From Pseudomonadota bacterium (GTDB lineage Bacteria; Bdellovibrionota; FAC87; UBA2466), in the NCBI GenBank assembly GCA_043718025.1, contig JAYSWN010000075.1:1-34862 (forward strand): a stretch of DNA of 34,862 nucleotides, read 5' to 3'. Below are positions 9,294 through 18,720 of the stretch, one piece after another. The notes beneath the pieces were generated by a model that did not search any database, was not told the DNA's origin, and saw only the letters and a program-made list of their open reading frames with translations. The position numbers were made by a program, and so were the translations under genes. Every line of letters starts with the position of its first letter. Position 1 is the stretch's first letter.

Positions 9294-9977
9294 ATGAACT
9301 TTGTTGCCGCGATTTTGGCTATTGGTGTGAGTCTACAGGCCTTCGCCGTCGAGCCCGGCGTTTTACGCGATCAGGCTATTCATTTCTTGCAGAAGAACGT
9401 GATCGGCCGCACCCAAAAAATTGCTACCGAAGGAACGGTTAATTCTGAAGGGCAAGAATATCAGGTGCGTTTCAACGCGATTCTTAGCTGGCGCAATTTG
9501 CGTCGGACCGCCGAAGGTTTAACTTTCGATCAGATTCGTGACATCCAACAGGCCAATACCAAGATTGATGAAAATGGAAAAGCGGTTGGACCAACGGTTC
9601 GAACCGATCGCCGCGTGGTTTTTCACTATGCGCTGGCCGAGCGTTTAACTAGCAAGAGTATGGTGGGATTAGCCACCATGCGAAAAAACACCCTTGAAGA
9701 TCCCACCGGCGTTGGCTTTGTGACGATGCTTGAAATTAGCGCCGATAATAAAGAGCTTTATCTCTACGAATCCCAAGCCGGGTTCGGCGAAACCTCACTC
9801 GATGGCAAAAACCTGGTTCCGGTAGCTTCGGCTTCGGAAGCGACGCTGTTTCTCGATAAAAAGGGAAAGCTTGAGACCAACGAGACGCTCAAGTTCTACA
9901 GCGTTGACGTGAATAAGGATTTTGCCCGTAAGGAGATCCACCGCTTTAATTTGTCGGCCACCGAAATCACTAAATAA
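9294..9977 (+). CDS. Secreted beta-rich hypothetical protein
   Basis: ATG at 9294 after GGGGG; MNFVAAILAIGVSLQAFA signal peptide. Confidence 0.75.
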   Translation: MNFVAAILAIGVSLQAFAVEPGVLRDQAIHFLQKNVIGRTQKIATEGTVNSEGQEYQVRFNAILSWRNLRRTAEGLTFDQIRDIQQANTKIDENGKAVGPTVRTDRRVVFHYALAERLTSKSMVGLATMRKNTLEDPTGVGFVTMLEISADNKELYLYESQAGFGETSLDGKNLVPVASASEATLFLDKKGKLETNETLKFYSVDVNKDFARKEIHRFNLSATEITK

Positions 9978-10000
9978 TTGCCGCTGAGGAGGACACTTCC

Positions 10001-11071
10001 ATGAAGAATAATTTATTGGCCGCACTTATTGTATTCACCTTTCTTTTAGCGCCACCGCTTGAAGCCAACGGCAGAAGACCCGGAGGTGGTGGTGGCGGAG
10101 GACGGCCCGGCGGTGGATTTAAACCCAGCCGACCCCCGTCGCATGCCGCTCGCCCACCGCGCCCGGCCGCTGGCCCGAGGCCGGGAACGATGCCGGTGAA
10201 ACATCCGGGCGTAGGCCCCGGTGGAGCGCATAAACCGATTGGTGCAGGTGGTCCCGGTGCGATTAAACCGCGCCCCGGAACTATGCCCGTAAAACCTGGA
10301 GGCCATCCCGGAGGTCACCCTGCGGCAGGGGACGTTGGCAAATTTTTGGGCGGCCACCCGCCTGGACACTTTCCCGGAACTCCCGGGCATCGTCCTGGCT
10401 ACACTGGCGTGCATAAAGCGGAATATCACGTCAACATTAACAACCATTTTCATGCCCACCCGGTTTACGGTCATCCGTTTGGCGGACCGTGGCTAGCGCA
10501 TTACCAATGGCACTACAATAACTGGCCGGTATGGACGGTGGCGGCAACGGCCGTAGGGGTGGCGAGTTGGATTGGGGTTGGCAATTACGCCGGCTATGGT
10601 TCGGCTCAACCGGTTCCCTATTATCCTGTAGAGCAGGCGCCGGCCCAAGTGTACGAACAGCAGGTGAATGCTCCGGCTGAAGTGGTGGCGGCGGGCAAAG
10701 CCGCGCCGGTTGCCGAAGATGTGGAATGGCTCAACGTGGGAACGTTTGGCATGATTCCGTTTCAGCAAAAAGACTTGGCCTACGCCGTACAGCTAGCGAC
10801 CACCAAAGACGGAGTGGTTCGTGGCGTGCAATGGGACATGAAGGCAAGTACCGCGGTTGAAGTAGAAGGCTCGATTGAAAAGGATACGCTTCGCATTGCC
10901 TGGCAGGAGAAGGGTTCAGACTTGGCCCCTTACTTTGAAACCAATGTCGATCAACTGACGCAGAAAGAGTCGATGGTTAACGTCTACAATCCAAACACCA
11001 AGGCGTTAATTAGTTGGCAGCTCATTCAAATCGACGAGAAAGATTTGCCGCCTAAAAATCAAGAGAACTAA
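10001..11071 (+). CDS. Exported Gly/Pro/His-rich protein with conserved C-terminal domain (resembles PVC 'mu-protocadherin-like' proteins)
   Basis: GAGGAGG RBS; signal peptide; low-complexity G/P/H region; C-terminal WLNVGTFG..VQLATTKDGVVRG..GSIEKDTLRIAW..FETNVDQLT. Confidence 0.75.
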   Translation: MKNNLLAALIVFTFLLAPPLEANGRRPGGGGGGGRPGGGFKPSRPPSHAARPPRPAAGPRPGTMPVKHPGVGPGGAHKPIGAGGPGAIKPRPGTMPVKPGGHPGGHPAAGDVGKFLGGHPPGHFPGTPGHRPGYTGVHKAEYHVNINNHFHAHPVYGHPFGGPWLAHYQWHYNNWPVWTVAATAVGVASWIGVGNYAGYGSAQPVPYYPVEQAPAQVYEQQVNAPAEVVAAGKAAPVAEDVEWLNVGTFGMIPFQQKDLAYAVQLATTKDGVVRGVQWDMKASTAVEVEGSIEKDTLRIAWQEKGSDLAPYFETNVDQLTQKESMVNVYNPNTKALISWQLIQIDEKDLPPKNQEN

Positions 11072-11100
11072 GGGCCGGTGGGTTAAATAATTGATTGGTG

Positions 11101-11139
11101 CCGGGAAGCGAATCTACTTTCGCTTCCCGGTTTTATTTT
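11101..11139 (+). terminator. Rho-independent terminator
   Basis: CCGGGAAGCGAA-tctact-TTCGCTTCCCGG followed by TTTTATTTT, downstream of the 9294-11071 gene pair. Confidence 0.88.
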
Positions 11140-11228
11140 AGGCCTCGTTCTAGTTGATGGCGGTTGGAATACAGCTGGTATCAATTACCCTTACGGTATT
11201 CGGATAGAATTCAGCTATTCTGCCCCCT

Positions 11229-12257
11229 ATGTTTAGGGTTCAGTTGTTTGTTTTGGCGTTTCTGGTCACCGTGGATTTGTTTGCCCGGACCAGCCCGCAA
11301 TGCGTGATTTATCTTTCAGACCTGGCTTACAAAAAATGGGCCGGTGGTAGCTACACTCTTAATGACGTCGAACGGGTATTTCATCGAAAGTTTAGAAATG
11401 ATCCCACTTTTGCGACCTGGATCTATGCGCAAAAAGAGCTTTCTGAAACGCCTGAGCAGTTGCTTACCCGTTTTGAAAACGAAAATCCAAAGTTAGACTC
11501 GATGGTTCCAGCCAGTTGGGATCTTACCAACTACGGAAAAAACTTGGCTCCGATCACGGATGACACCCGCCCGATGCACGGAATGCGATACTACCTTGAG
11601 CAGGCGCGAAGGTTTGTACCACTCTGGCGAACCATTCCCAAGCGATCTCCGTACGACGAAGCGGTGCTTTCTTTACGAAAAGGGGACACCGTTGAATTCG
11701 GGGCCCATAAATTTGTACTTGGTGATTTTTTAGGATCGGGAAATTCCACGTTTGTTTTTCGTCTTGAAGGCCAACCGGGTAAAGTGATTCGAATCCCTTT
11801 TTTGGTAGCGCCATTGAAGGGGGTGGGATTTCATCCCGAGATCTTCAATATGCTCACCCGTTGGCGGCAAAAAGATCCGAACATCCCGCAGGTAAAAATC
11901 TATCAAAGCGAATATGGCTTTAGCATCGTGTCAGAGGTGGATGGCAACGAAAATGGCAATGAGTTTTTAATCTCGGTTCGGCGAAAATACATGAACAATA
12001 TGTCACCAGACATGCAACGTTTTTTCACAGAGCTTTCGGAACAAAATCTTTCGTGGGCTACCGTCCACTGGTACTTGGCGGTTGAGAAACTAGCTCTTCA
12101 AGAAAATGACCTTGAGACATTCAATCGTTTACGCTTATTGAGAACACGGGCCAATCAGTATCAGAACAATGCTCTTCTGCTCCACATTTTGGAATACACT
12201 AGACAGTTTGTTTGGGATCGGACCAAGCGAGACTGGATTTTGGTCGATTGGGAATAG
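11229..12257 (+). CDS. Exported protein with truncated protein-kinase-like fold
   Basis: Signal peptide then QCVIYL; LGDFLGSGNSTFVFRL...KVIRIP Gly-loop/beta3; ends QFVW...WILVDWE. Confidence 0.7.
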   Translation: MFRVQLFVLAFLVTVDLFARTSPQCVIYLSDLAYKKWAGGSYTLNDVERVFHRKFRNDPTFATWIYAQKELSETPEQLLTRFENENPKLDSMVPASWDLTNYGKNLAPITDDTRPMHGMRYYLEQARRFVPLWRTIPKRSPYDEAVLSLRKGDTVEFGAHKFVLGDFLGSGNSTFVFRLEGQPGKVIRIPFLVAPLKGVGFHPEIFNMLTRWRQKDPNIPQVKIYQSEYGFSIVSEVDGNENGNEFLISVRRKYMNNMSPDMQRFFTELSEQNLSWATVHWYLAVEKLALQENDLETFNRLRLLRTRANQYQNNALLLHILEYTRQFVWDRTKRDWILVDWE

Positions 12258-12287
12258 AATGCAGCGCCCAAGGCCGTTTGCCGAGAG

Positions 12288-13727
12288 CTACTCTAATTCG
12301 CTCACAATGTGGTCGACGGCCTCTTTGGCGAAGCCCGAGATGGTGAAATGATTTAAATTCAGAATGCGGCAGCTGCTGGCTAGGCGGCGCTGATTTTGCG
12401 GAAAGCTGCGACAGGTGGCCAGCGCCACGCTGCCTTCAACTAAGCCGTCGCTTAGCAGATAATTTTCCCACGTCATTCGATCCATGGCCTGACCCAGCCC
12501 GGGATAGTTTTGGGCTTGGCGCCGAAACTCTTGCATGCCTAAGTCATAGTATTCATGCGCCGCTTCACTTTGTAACGGCGGAATTGCTTCGGTAAATCTC
12601 TGGGCGGTTTTTTCGATGAGAATGTCGATCACCTTGGGGGCCTCTTGCGCTTGTTTGATAGTGCCGGCGAGTTTACCGATGGATTGAAGTAATTCAGATT
12701 TAGATTCTGCGCCTTGTTTTTCGATGCGTTGAAGGCTTTCGGTATCGGGTAACTGCTTAGTGCCCACTGCACCGCGATGAGATCCGGAGGCCGAAAGTCT
12801 TCCCCTAAACCAACCGTCTCCCCGAAGGGGTTCATTAAAACGGAGTCCGGCCGGTATGCCGTCGTCCAGCACCGCCAAAGGGCTAAGGTGATGCCAAGCC
12901 GGGTTAGTTTTTCCGGCCACCACGTCCGAAAAAATATCGATACCACTGCCGAGTAAACAGGGTTCGGTAGTGTCGGGTTGCCATTCGGGCACTACCTGAA
13001 CGAACAGTGCCAGAGTGGAAAAAAAGTCAGTTGCTAAAGCAGGTTCCCTTTTTATTTTCGCGCCGAGCATGGCGGCGCTAAGGCCAATGCCGCCGGATGG
13101 GCTTGACGCCGTATAAATGTGGGCGAGGTTTTCACAAACCCCCTGCGACTTTGCTTTTTTCTCATCGCACCGGCGGGCGATGAGCTCGCTAATGGTACCG
13201 CCTGAAGAGTGTCCAATGAGTGCGCACTTCTTTTGCCCCATCCACGTTACGGGTAGATCGGCTGGGCAGCCGTGGCTTTCAAGAAAGGCCTCAGTGCGTT
13301 CCGTCATTTCCCAGATCGTACTTTGCGTCGACTCTTGTACGGTAGTAATCACCTCATCGCACACCTGCTTACGCAGGCGATCAACCAGAAACGGGCCGCC
13401 GTAATAACTTTCGGCAAAGGCGCCAACCGGGGTGAGCCCCCTTAGGGCATTCATTAATTGCACCATTCTCGCCCCGGCCCCTTTTTGCTTGATCACAAAA
13501 TCGATCACTTTTTGGGTAATGCCGTGTCCGTTTAGCAGGATGCAGCGCCGAAAGGGGCGTACCTTTGGTTCGCGTGGCGGCAAGAGGTGAAAGTACAAGC
13601 CTCCGTCTGCTTCCGGGTAGGGGTACTGGGCTTTCGGACTACGTTCCCCCGGAAAATAGGCGTCGCCAGTAGCCACCGCTGGCAAGCAACAAACCGTGGA
13701 GAGTAGCAGGGAACAAAAGAGGCGCAT
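12288..13727 (-). CDS. Secreted alpha/beta hydrolase (lipase/esterase-like)
   Basis: Signal peptide; LIGHSSGG nucleophile elbow; ASSPSGG; SDGLV (Asp); LNHF (His). Confidence 0.82.
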   Translation of the reverse strand: MRLFCSLLLSTVCCLPAVATGDAYFPGERSPKAQYPYPEADGGLYFHLLPPREPKVRPFRRCILLNGHGITQKVIDFVIKQKGAGARMVQLMNALRGLTPVGAFAESYYGGPFLVDRLRKQVCDEVITTVQESTQSTIWEMTERTEAFLESHGCPADLPVTWMGQKKCALIGHSSGGTISELIARRCDEKKAKSQGVCENLAHIYTASSPSGGIGLSAAMLGAKIKREPALATDFFSTLALFVQVVPEWQPDTTEPCLLGSGIDIFSDVVAGKTNPAWHHLSPLAVLDDGIPAGLRFNEPLRGDGWFRGRLSASGSHRGAVGTKQLPDTESLQRIEKQGAESKSELLQSIGKLAGTIKQAQEAPKVIDILIEKTAQRFTEAIPPLQSEAAHEYYDLGMQEFRRQAQNYPGLGQAMDRMTWENYLLSDGLVEGSVALATCRSFPQNQRRLASSCRILNLNHFTISGFAKEAVDHIVSELE

Positions 13728-13783
13728 GGCTACGGCAATAACCTAGGCGCCGAGCTGAATCCAGCAATTAAACGACCAGAACT

Positions 13784-14353
13784 TTAGGCAGGGCGATTTC
13801 TCATTTTTCGCAGGTAGAGCAAGATAAAGACAAGGCAAAACAGGAAACTGACGCCGGTTATATAAAGTCCAATCCGAGCGTCTTCGGCCGTGCACCCTAA
13901 GCAGAGGGTCAAAGTGCTTTCGATTGGGTAGTTATTGAGGAGGGGCCAGTTTTTATTTTTTAGGTATTCGTAACGCCCGACGCTCATGGTGTAGAGAAGG
14001 CCGGTAGGATTCCCACTTCCGCACTGATCCTCTTTTCTAGGTTCTACGGCGACCAGGTTTCCGGTTACCCCGTCGCGCAGGGGAAAGGTTCGAGACCCGT
14101 CGAACTCAAAAGATTCAGAACATTTCCATTCTAAACCGGTCAACGTAACCCAGATTTTTTTTCCGGGCTCAAGGGGACCCACGTCGTAGAGTGAGGTCAC
14201 TCGAGGCTCGCCTCTAAAAATCGAAAGATCATTCCAGCATCCCCAAAAGCCATAGGCCAGGGCTCCGGCAAATAGACCGAAGAGAAGAACCGGTATGATC
14301 GGAAAACGTTCGAATAGTTTTCCGACGTACTTCATCGCTACGTGGCTGGGCAT
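13784..14353 (-). CDS. Membrane protein, two TM helices around a Cys-containing loop
   Basis: Hydrophobic IIPVLLFGLFAGALAYGFW and GLYITGVSFLFCLVFILLYL. Confidence 0.7.
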   Translation of the reverse strand: MPSHVAMKYVGKLFERFPIIPVLLFGLFAGALAYGFWGCWNDLSIFRGEPRVTSLYDVGPLEPGKKIWVTLTGLEWKCSESFEFDGSRTFPLRDGVTGNLVAVEPRKEDQCGSGNPTGLLYTMSVGRYEYLKNKNWPLLNNYPIESTLTLCLGCTAEDARIGLYITGVSFLFCLVFILLYLRKMRNRPA

Positions 14354-14410
14354 GGTGGTAAAATTTTATCATGAAAATTAGGCGAAGAACGAAGTGATAC
14401 AATCAGGGTC

Positions 14411-15583
14411 ATGCGAAATCCACTGCCCCTGTTTTTTCTATGTGCGCTCTTTTCCGCTGCGGTGCGCGCCGAACCGCCATTGTTCGACAAGCCTAAGTTC
14501 GAAGCTACCGTCGGCGGTCCGCTGACCTCGCATTGGGAGTATGGACTCGCCGACGCGAGACAATTAAATAGACTGATCTCCCACCCCTGTTTCGAGTACA
14601 CGCAACCCTACTGCATGCCAAAATCGAATACCGACGTCGGCTTTGTTTGTTCGGGCCAAGCGGCGGTGGTCGTGACGCACTTAAGAAGTTTGGGGTTAAG
14701 GGCCGCACCATTTTACTTAGAGTGGGAGAACAGCAAAGGCGGGGTTGAAGCTCACGCCATGGTCATCGTGCCCTACTTGGAGAAGCAGCAACTCTGTCAC
14801 CACATATTAGAAGTGGCGCGCACTTGGCCCCACCAGCCGGTAGTTGAATTTTCCCACTGCGAACCGGGTAAACCGAAAACGGGTAAGGCGTTGCAAGAGG
14901 TTTTGAGAAGAGTGGCGCGCGATCATTTTGTTAACCCGCCCCCTCACACCGCTGAGCGAGAAAGGGCTGACTTACCGGCCCGGACGGGCATTCCGAAAGA
15001 CTCTCCGTTCACCGTCCGTATCACCGAAGAAGCATTTGATTTAAACGACAAATACAATTCCGACGCCCCGATCTGGACGTTAGAGAAAGGAAAACTTGCT
15101 TGCCCCCAGGGGCTTTGCAAAGTGCATGAAGTGGCGCCCCACATCAAAATTGACCAGTCCAAGGTTGTCTCCGGCGACCGAGACACTTATGCGAAGACCA
15201 AGATTATTGTCGATTACTCCGAAACGCAGCAGTACGACTGCATACAAGAGTGCAAAGCAGAAGATTGCACATTGAGGCAGACGAACCGGGTGGCTACGGT
15301 GGGGCTTAAAGTGATTTGGCCGACAATTCGGGCTACCTGTTCGCCAGCGGCGGTGCTGCGAAGTCACGTGGTGAACCCAGGCCTTAGTTGCCTAAATCAG
15401 TGCCAAACTCCGAGGCGTGACGATGGGTATCAGGGGGGGACGTACAATTTAAATGCCAAAGAAAACCCGATGGTCTGTTCAACGGTAGGCCCCGTTCATC
15501 ACAGCGTTCGTAAACCACCGGGCGATACCCACGCCCCCGACGGCAGCGCCACTCCCAACCGGACGATACGCAAAGATCCCTAA
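14411..15583 (+). CDS. Secreted transglutaminase-like (papain-fold) protein with Cys-rich C-terminus
   Basis: Signal peptide ending AVRA; VCSGQAAVVVTHLRSLGLRA...HAMVIV...HILE. Confidence 0.7.
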   Translation: MRNPLPLFFLCALFSAAVRAEPPLFDKPKFEATVGGPLTSHWEYGLADARQLNRLISHPCFEYTQPYCMPKSNTDVGFVCSGQAAVVVTHLRSLGLRAAPFYLEWENSKGGVEAHAMVIVPYLEKQQLCHHILEVARTWPHQPVVEFSHCEPGKPKTGKALQEVLRRVARDHFVNPPPHTAERERADLPARTGIPKDSPFTVRITEEAFDLNDKYNSDAPIWTLEKGKLACPQGLCKVHEVAPHIKIDQSKVVSGDRDTYAKTKIIVDYSETQQYDCIQECKAEDCTLRQTNRVATVGLKVIWPTIRATCSPAAVLRSHVVNPGLSCLNQCQTPRRDDGYQGGTYNLNAKENPMVCSTVGPVHHSVRKPPGDTHAPDGSATPNRTIRKDP

Positions 15584-16383
15584 ATCCGAACGAAACGGTA
15601 AATGAGTAGAGCCCGGCCTTGAACGGCGGTAGGACGGTGCGGAGTTGCGGCGGCCCGCCGAAATTTAACTGCGCGTTCGATTGAGGTGAAGACTAGAGTT
15701 TGATTGGATGGTGTGGTTAGCACTCCAGCCGGTTCAAAGTCTGGCGGTAATACGGTCCAAAGTTCATTGGCCGAAGTTTTTGGGATGCCTTCAACCGCCT
15801 CCGTTCCTTCGCCCCACAGGGTAACGGTTGCGGCCAGATAACCTCCATCTAAATGCCATGGCCTGTCGGTGACTTCACCCTCTTTGGTGATGACGAACAA
15901 TACCTCGCTCAGACGTATTTTTTCGCGGTCTAAACAATGATTAATGCTCCTTGCCAACCACTCCCCATAATCCAGACCTCCCCGGGTAAACCAGACGGGG
16001 ACCGGCTTGTGGGTGGTTCCGTTGCGATTAACGGTTATCATCCGGCCCACATCGCGTCCGCCCAATAGTGAGGCAGAGCCGCTTTTCGGAAGCCTCTGAC
16101 GCATTTTAGTGATCAATCCGGTTGGAAAAAAAGTTTCGGAATTGAGTAGGCTAAAGCCCTTACCGCCAAGCTTTAAAGGGGCTAAAATTAGGGACGCCTC
16201 AGCCGACAGATCCTCCCGCCGAGAAGTGTTACCCACGTGATCAGCCCAGAGCTTAAAGACATTGATATTTCTGCCGGCGAGTTCTTCAGCACAAAAAACT
16301 CCGCTCTTCTGCAGGTTGGAGCCGTCCGCGGGCAGGTAGCTCGAGACTAACGCAAAAATTAGGGTCGGAAGTAGCCGGAGCAT
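15580..16383 (-). CDS. Exported DUF1826-like / 2OG-Fe(II) oxygenase-fold protein
   Basis: Signal peptide then FCAEEL; WHLDG (HxD), TLWGEGTE, TPHRPT...RALLIYRF. ATG at 16383 preferred over TTG at 16410. Confidence 0.72.
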   Translation of the reverse strand: MLRLLPTLIFALVSSYLPADGSNLQKSGVFCAEELAGRNINVFKLWADHVGNTSRREDLSAEASLILAPLKLGGKGFSLLNSETFFPTGLITKMRQRLPKSGSASLLGGRDVGRMITVNRNGTTHKPVPVWFTRGGLDYGEWLARSINHCLDREKIRLSEVLFVITKEGEVTDRPWHLDGGYLAATVTLWGEGTEAVEGIPKTSANELWTVLPPDFEPAGVLTTPSNQTLVFTSIERAVKFRRAAATPHRPTAVQGRALLIYRFVRI

Positions 16384-16443
16384 ACCGGCCTGTTTACCAT
16401 ATTTGAGCAATGGTAAGTTACAGGGTACCGACGAGCCGCAAGT

Positions 16444-18546
16444 TTAATTTTTATAGGCGGTGAAAATAGATTCCAAGAGTCGGCCGCAAAATCCTGGTTC
16501 GGCCGGGGCGTCGTGGGGTTCACTTAAGCGGGTGGCCGATCGCCTTGCCCTAAACCAAGTGCGCTTCGAGGCATTTAGTAGCTCGTTAACAACGTGCCCT
16601 CCATAATTTGCGGCCAATAGCGCAGAGACAATCTTTCCGCCCTCGACCACCGGTTCGCCAGCCGTGCCAAATGACATCGCGAAATCTTTCAACGGCTCAA
16701 ATACCACTCCCGGCAAAACGGCCACCGCCGCCCAAAAAGAGAGTGAAGCGGCGCCGATGACAGTAGCGAAGCTAAATTTCTGGGGAGTTCCGACTCCCCC
16801 CAATAATCCGGGTCGGCGAAACCCCTCATCGGTAAAATAGGAAGCATCGATCTGCCGTTGCCAAAATTCGCGGGTGCCGAAACCCCACTCTTTATTGGCC
16901 GAGGGCATTGGTTCGGCTCGTGCAAACATTTCGGCAATCGTGGAGCTTGGCCGCTGAGGACCGTAAGCACGGTAAAGGATGAGCTGCTCTTTGCGGTTTC
17001 TCGCCAGTTGATTGAATAGGCGCATCGCCAATTCGCTTCGGTAGGCCCGCAGCGGTTGCAATACGTGCCTCAATTGCGGAGGAAAATTGTGAAGGATCCA
17101 TTCAACTCGATCAATGAGTGCGATCGCTTCGATTGGCCTCGGCATGGTATCTAGCCAGTCATCGGTTTTCTTTCTAAGCCATCCGAAAAATTCATCCGTG
17201 TCGTAATGATTACGGAACAGGATGGGTAGCACCGGAATCAATCGGTCGAGAAAAGCAATTACGAATTCGCCTTCAGTCGTATCATTTAAAATCGCCTCGA
17301 CCGCGCGGAGGTCGTCCCGTTCGATGTTGTAGAGCGCTCTTTTCTGGGGATTGAGTAACACGTTGCGGGCGCTGGCAAGCAGAACCACTGCGTCGGCGTC
17401 ATTGGCAAAGGTGAGGAGAAGCAGGTTGGCTTCGAGCTCTACCACTTCGGGGGGGGAATTCTCGCTAATTCCGAGCCGCTCATACAAATCAAGGGCGTAG
17501 GGGTCGGGCCAGAGGGTACGACTCTCTTCCTCTTTCAATCGACCCGCTAAGCGATCTCGGTTCTCCGCGACGAAATGAAAAGCACGGCGGGTATCTTTTT
17601 TTCCTATAATTTGAAATGCGGAAGTCAAATTTCGTTGCGCCTGGGTATCGGTTTTATTTTGGGCAAAGGCATCAATATAAAGATCAAGAATTTGCCCCTG
17701 ATCCATATTCCAACTGGCGCCCAATCGCGCGTAGGGATCGTCACTAAATGGGTTGGCAATTAACTCAGACTGCGCTCCGGTTTCGTCTCTCTCCAACGCT
17801 GGCTTTGGCGCTATTGGTCCGTAGGCTCCGGGTTTCTCATCGTAGCGCGCCCGAAATGCGGCATCGGATAGTAGACTATAGGTATTGTGCAGTAAGGCGG
17901 CCGCAGCTTCGTTATCTTTGGCAAAGACCAGACTTCTACGGTGGCCCTCGGCCAAAATTTGTTCATTGGCATCCTCGGGAACATCTAAGCGTTCGTAGAG
18001 CGTTTGCCCCTCTAAAAGCGCCACGGCATCGGCTTTTGAAAGATCTCGAACCCTCATCCAAATGCGGACCTTTCCCTCGTCGGTTTTTTGTTCGAATAGA
18101 CCAACTGCCGCACAGACGGCCCGGGCCGAAAAATTGTCTGCGTCTACGACTAAGAACAGTTCAGAGCGACCGTCTGGGTTAAGACGAGCGATTAACTCTT
18201 GAATCAGCAGCGTGCCGACCTTTTGTCGCCGAAACTCGGGCGCCACGGCCAAGCGAATGATTCGAATATGGGTGGCCGTCATTTCGTAAATCACGTAGCC
18301 AAGCACCTGTCCGTTGCGTTCGACTACCCGGGAAAAAACGTTGGGTTTTTTCTGTTCGCGAGAAAAGTCGGCCGGCGACCAGGCTTTGGCGCTCGATAAC
18401 TTTTCAATATTAAGTACTTGGTCGCAATCTTGCGGTCCAAAGGGGCGAACTAGGTCTCCCTCGGCCAAAACGGGTGAGGGCAAAAGAAAGCAGAGCGCGA
18501 GAAAAAGAGGCAAAAAACGGTGGGCAAATGTGCGTCCACAACTCAA
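16444..18546 (-). CDS. Exported multidomain protein: RimI-like GNAT, three J-domain-like repeats, C-terminal hydrophobic segments
   Basis: Signal peptide ending PVLA; LAVAPEFRRQKVGTLL acetyl-CoA motif; LYERLDV..LLSDAAFRARYD, DPYARLGA..RRAFH, LYERLGI..LLNPQKRALYN. Confidence 0.82.
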   Translation of the reverse strand: MSCGRTFAHRFLPLFLALCFLLPSPVLAEGDLVRPFGPQDCDQVLNIEKLSSAKAWSPADFSREQKKPNVFSRVVERNGQVLGYVIYEMTATHIRIIRLAVAPEFRRQKVGTLLIQELIARLNPDGRSELFLVVDADNFSARAVCAAVGLFEQKTDEGKVRIWMRVRDLSKADAVALLEGQTLYERLDVPEDANEQILAEGHRRSLVFAKDNEAAAALLHNTYSLLSDAAFRARYDEKPGAYGPIAPKPALERDETGAQSELIANPFSDDPYARLGASWNMDQGQILDLYIDAFAQNKTDTQAQRNLTSAFQIIGKKDTRRAFHFVAENRDRLAGRLKEEESRTLWPDPYALDLYERLGISENSPPEVVELEANLLLLTFANDADAVVLLASARNVLLNPQKRALYNIERDDLRAVEAILNDTTEGEFVIAFLDRLIPVLPILFRNHYDTDEFFGWLRKKTDDWLDTMPRPIEAIALIDRVEWILHNFPPQLRHVLQPLRAYRSELAMRLFNQLARNRKEQLILYRAYGPQRPSSTIAEMFARAEPMPSANKEWGFGTREFWQRQIDASYFTDEGFRRPGLLGGVGTPQKFSFATVIGAASLSFWAAVAVLPGVVFEPLKDFAMSFGTAGEPVVEGGKIVSALLAANYGGHVVNELLNASKRTWFRARRSATRLSEPHDAPAEPGFCGRLLESIFTAYKN

Positions 18547-18673
18547 ATAGGCACCCTGAAGTTTGCGTAAACTCTTAATGAGAATGGGTTATTTGCCCGA
18601 ATTCAGCCCTTAGATCCAGAGTAAAATGCGTCTGATTCTAATATGGGGAACAACGATGTGCGGTTTGGTTATA

Positions 18674-18711
18674 GAAAGGCCCCGCCACTTTTTGCGATGA
18701 CGGGGCCTTTC
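18674..18711 (-). terminator. Hairpin, probable terminator of the vWA lipoprotein gene
   Basis: GAAAGGCCCCG...CGGGGCCTTTC 11-bp stem about 10 nt past the TAA at 18721; weak U-tract. Confidence 0.6.
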
Positions 18712-18720
18712 GACGAGCTC

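Noticed and set aside
10075..10400. Possible CRISPR or tandem DNA repeat in the GC-rich stretch
   Set aside because: The repeats are peptide-level Gly/Pro codons with no constant repeat-spacer period, and there are no cas genes.
10046..10474. 142-aa antisense ORF, and similar shadow ORFs (e.g. 8693-9202, 17748-18182, 20553-21027)
   Set aside because: They lie opposite better-supported genes, have no motifs, and are expected by chance in stop-poor antisense frames.
18410..18430. N-terminal DCDQVL of the GNAT/J protein as independent proof of the CxxxL tag
   Set aside because: It coincides with the first helix of RimI-like GNATs (DLxxVLxIE), so it may be domain-derived. The C-terminal CGRLL is the better instance.
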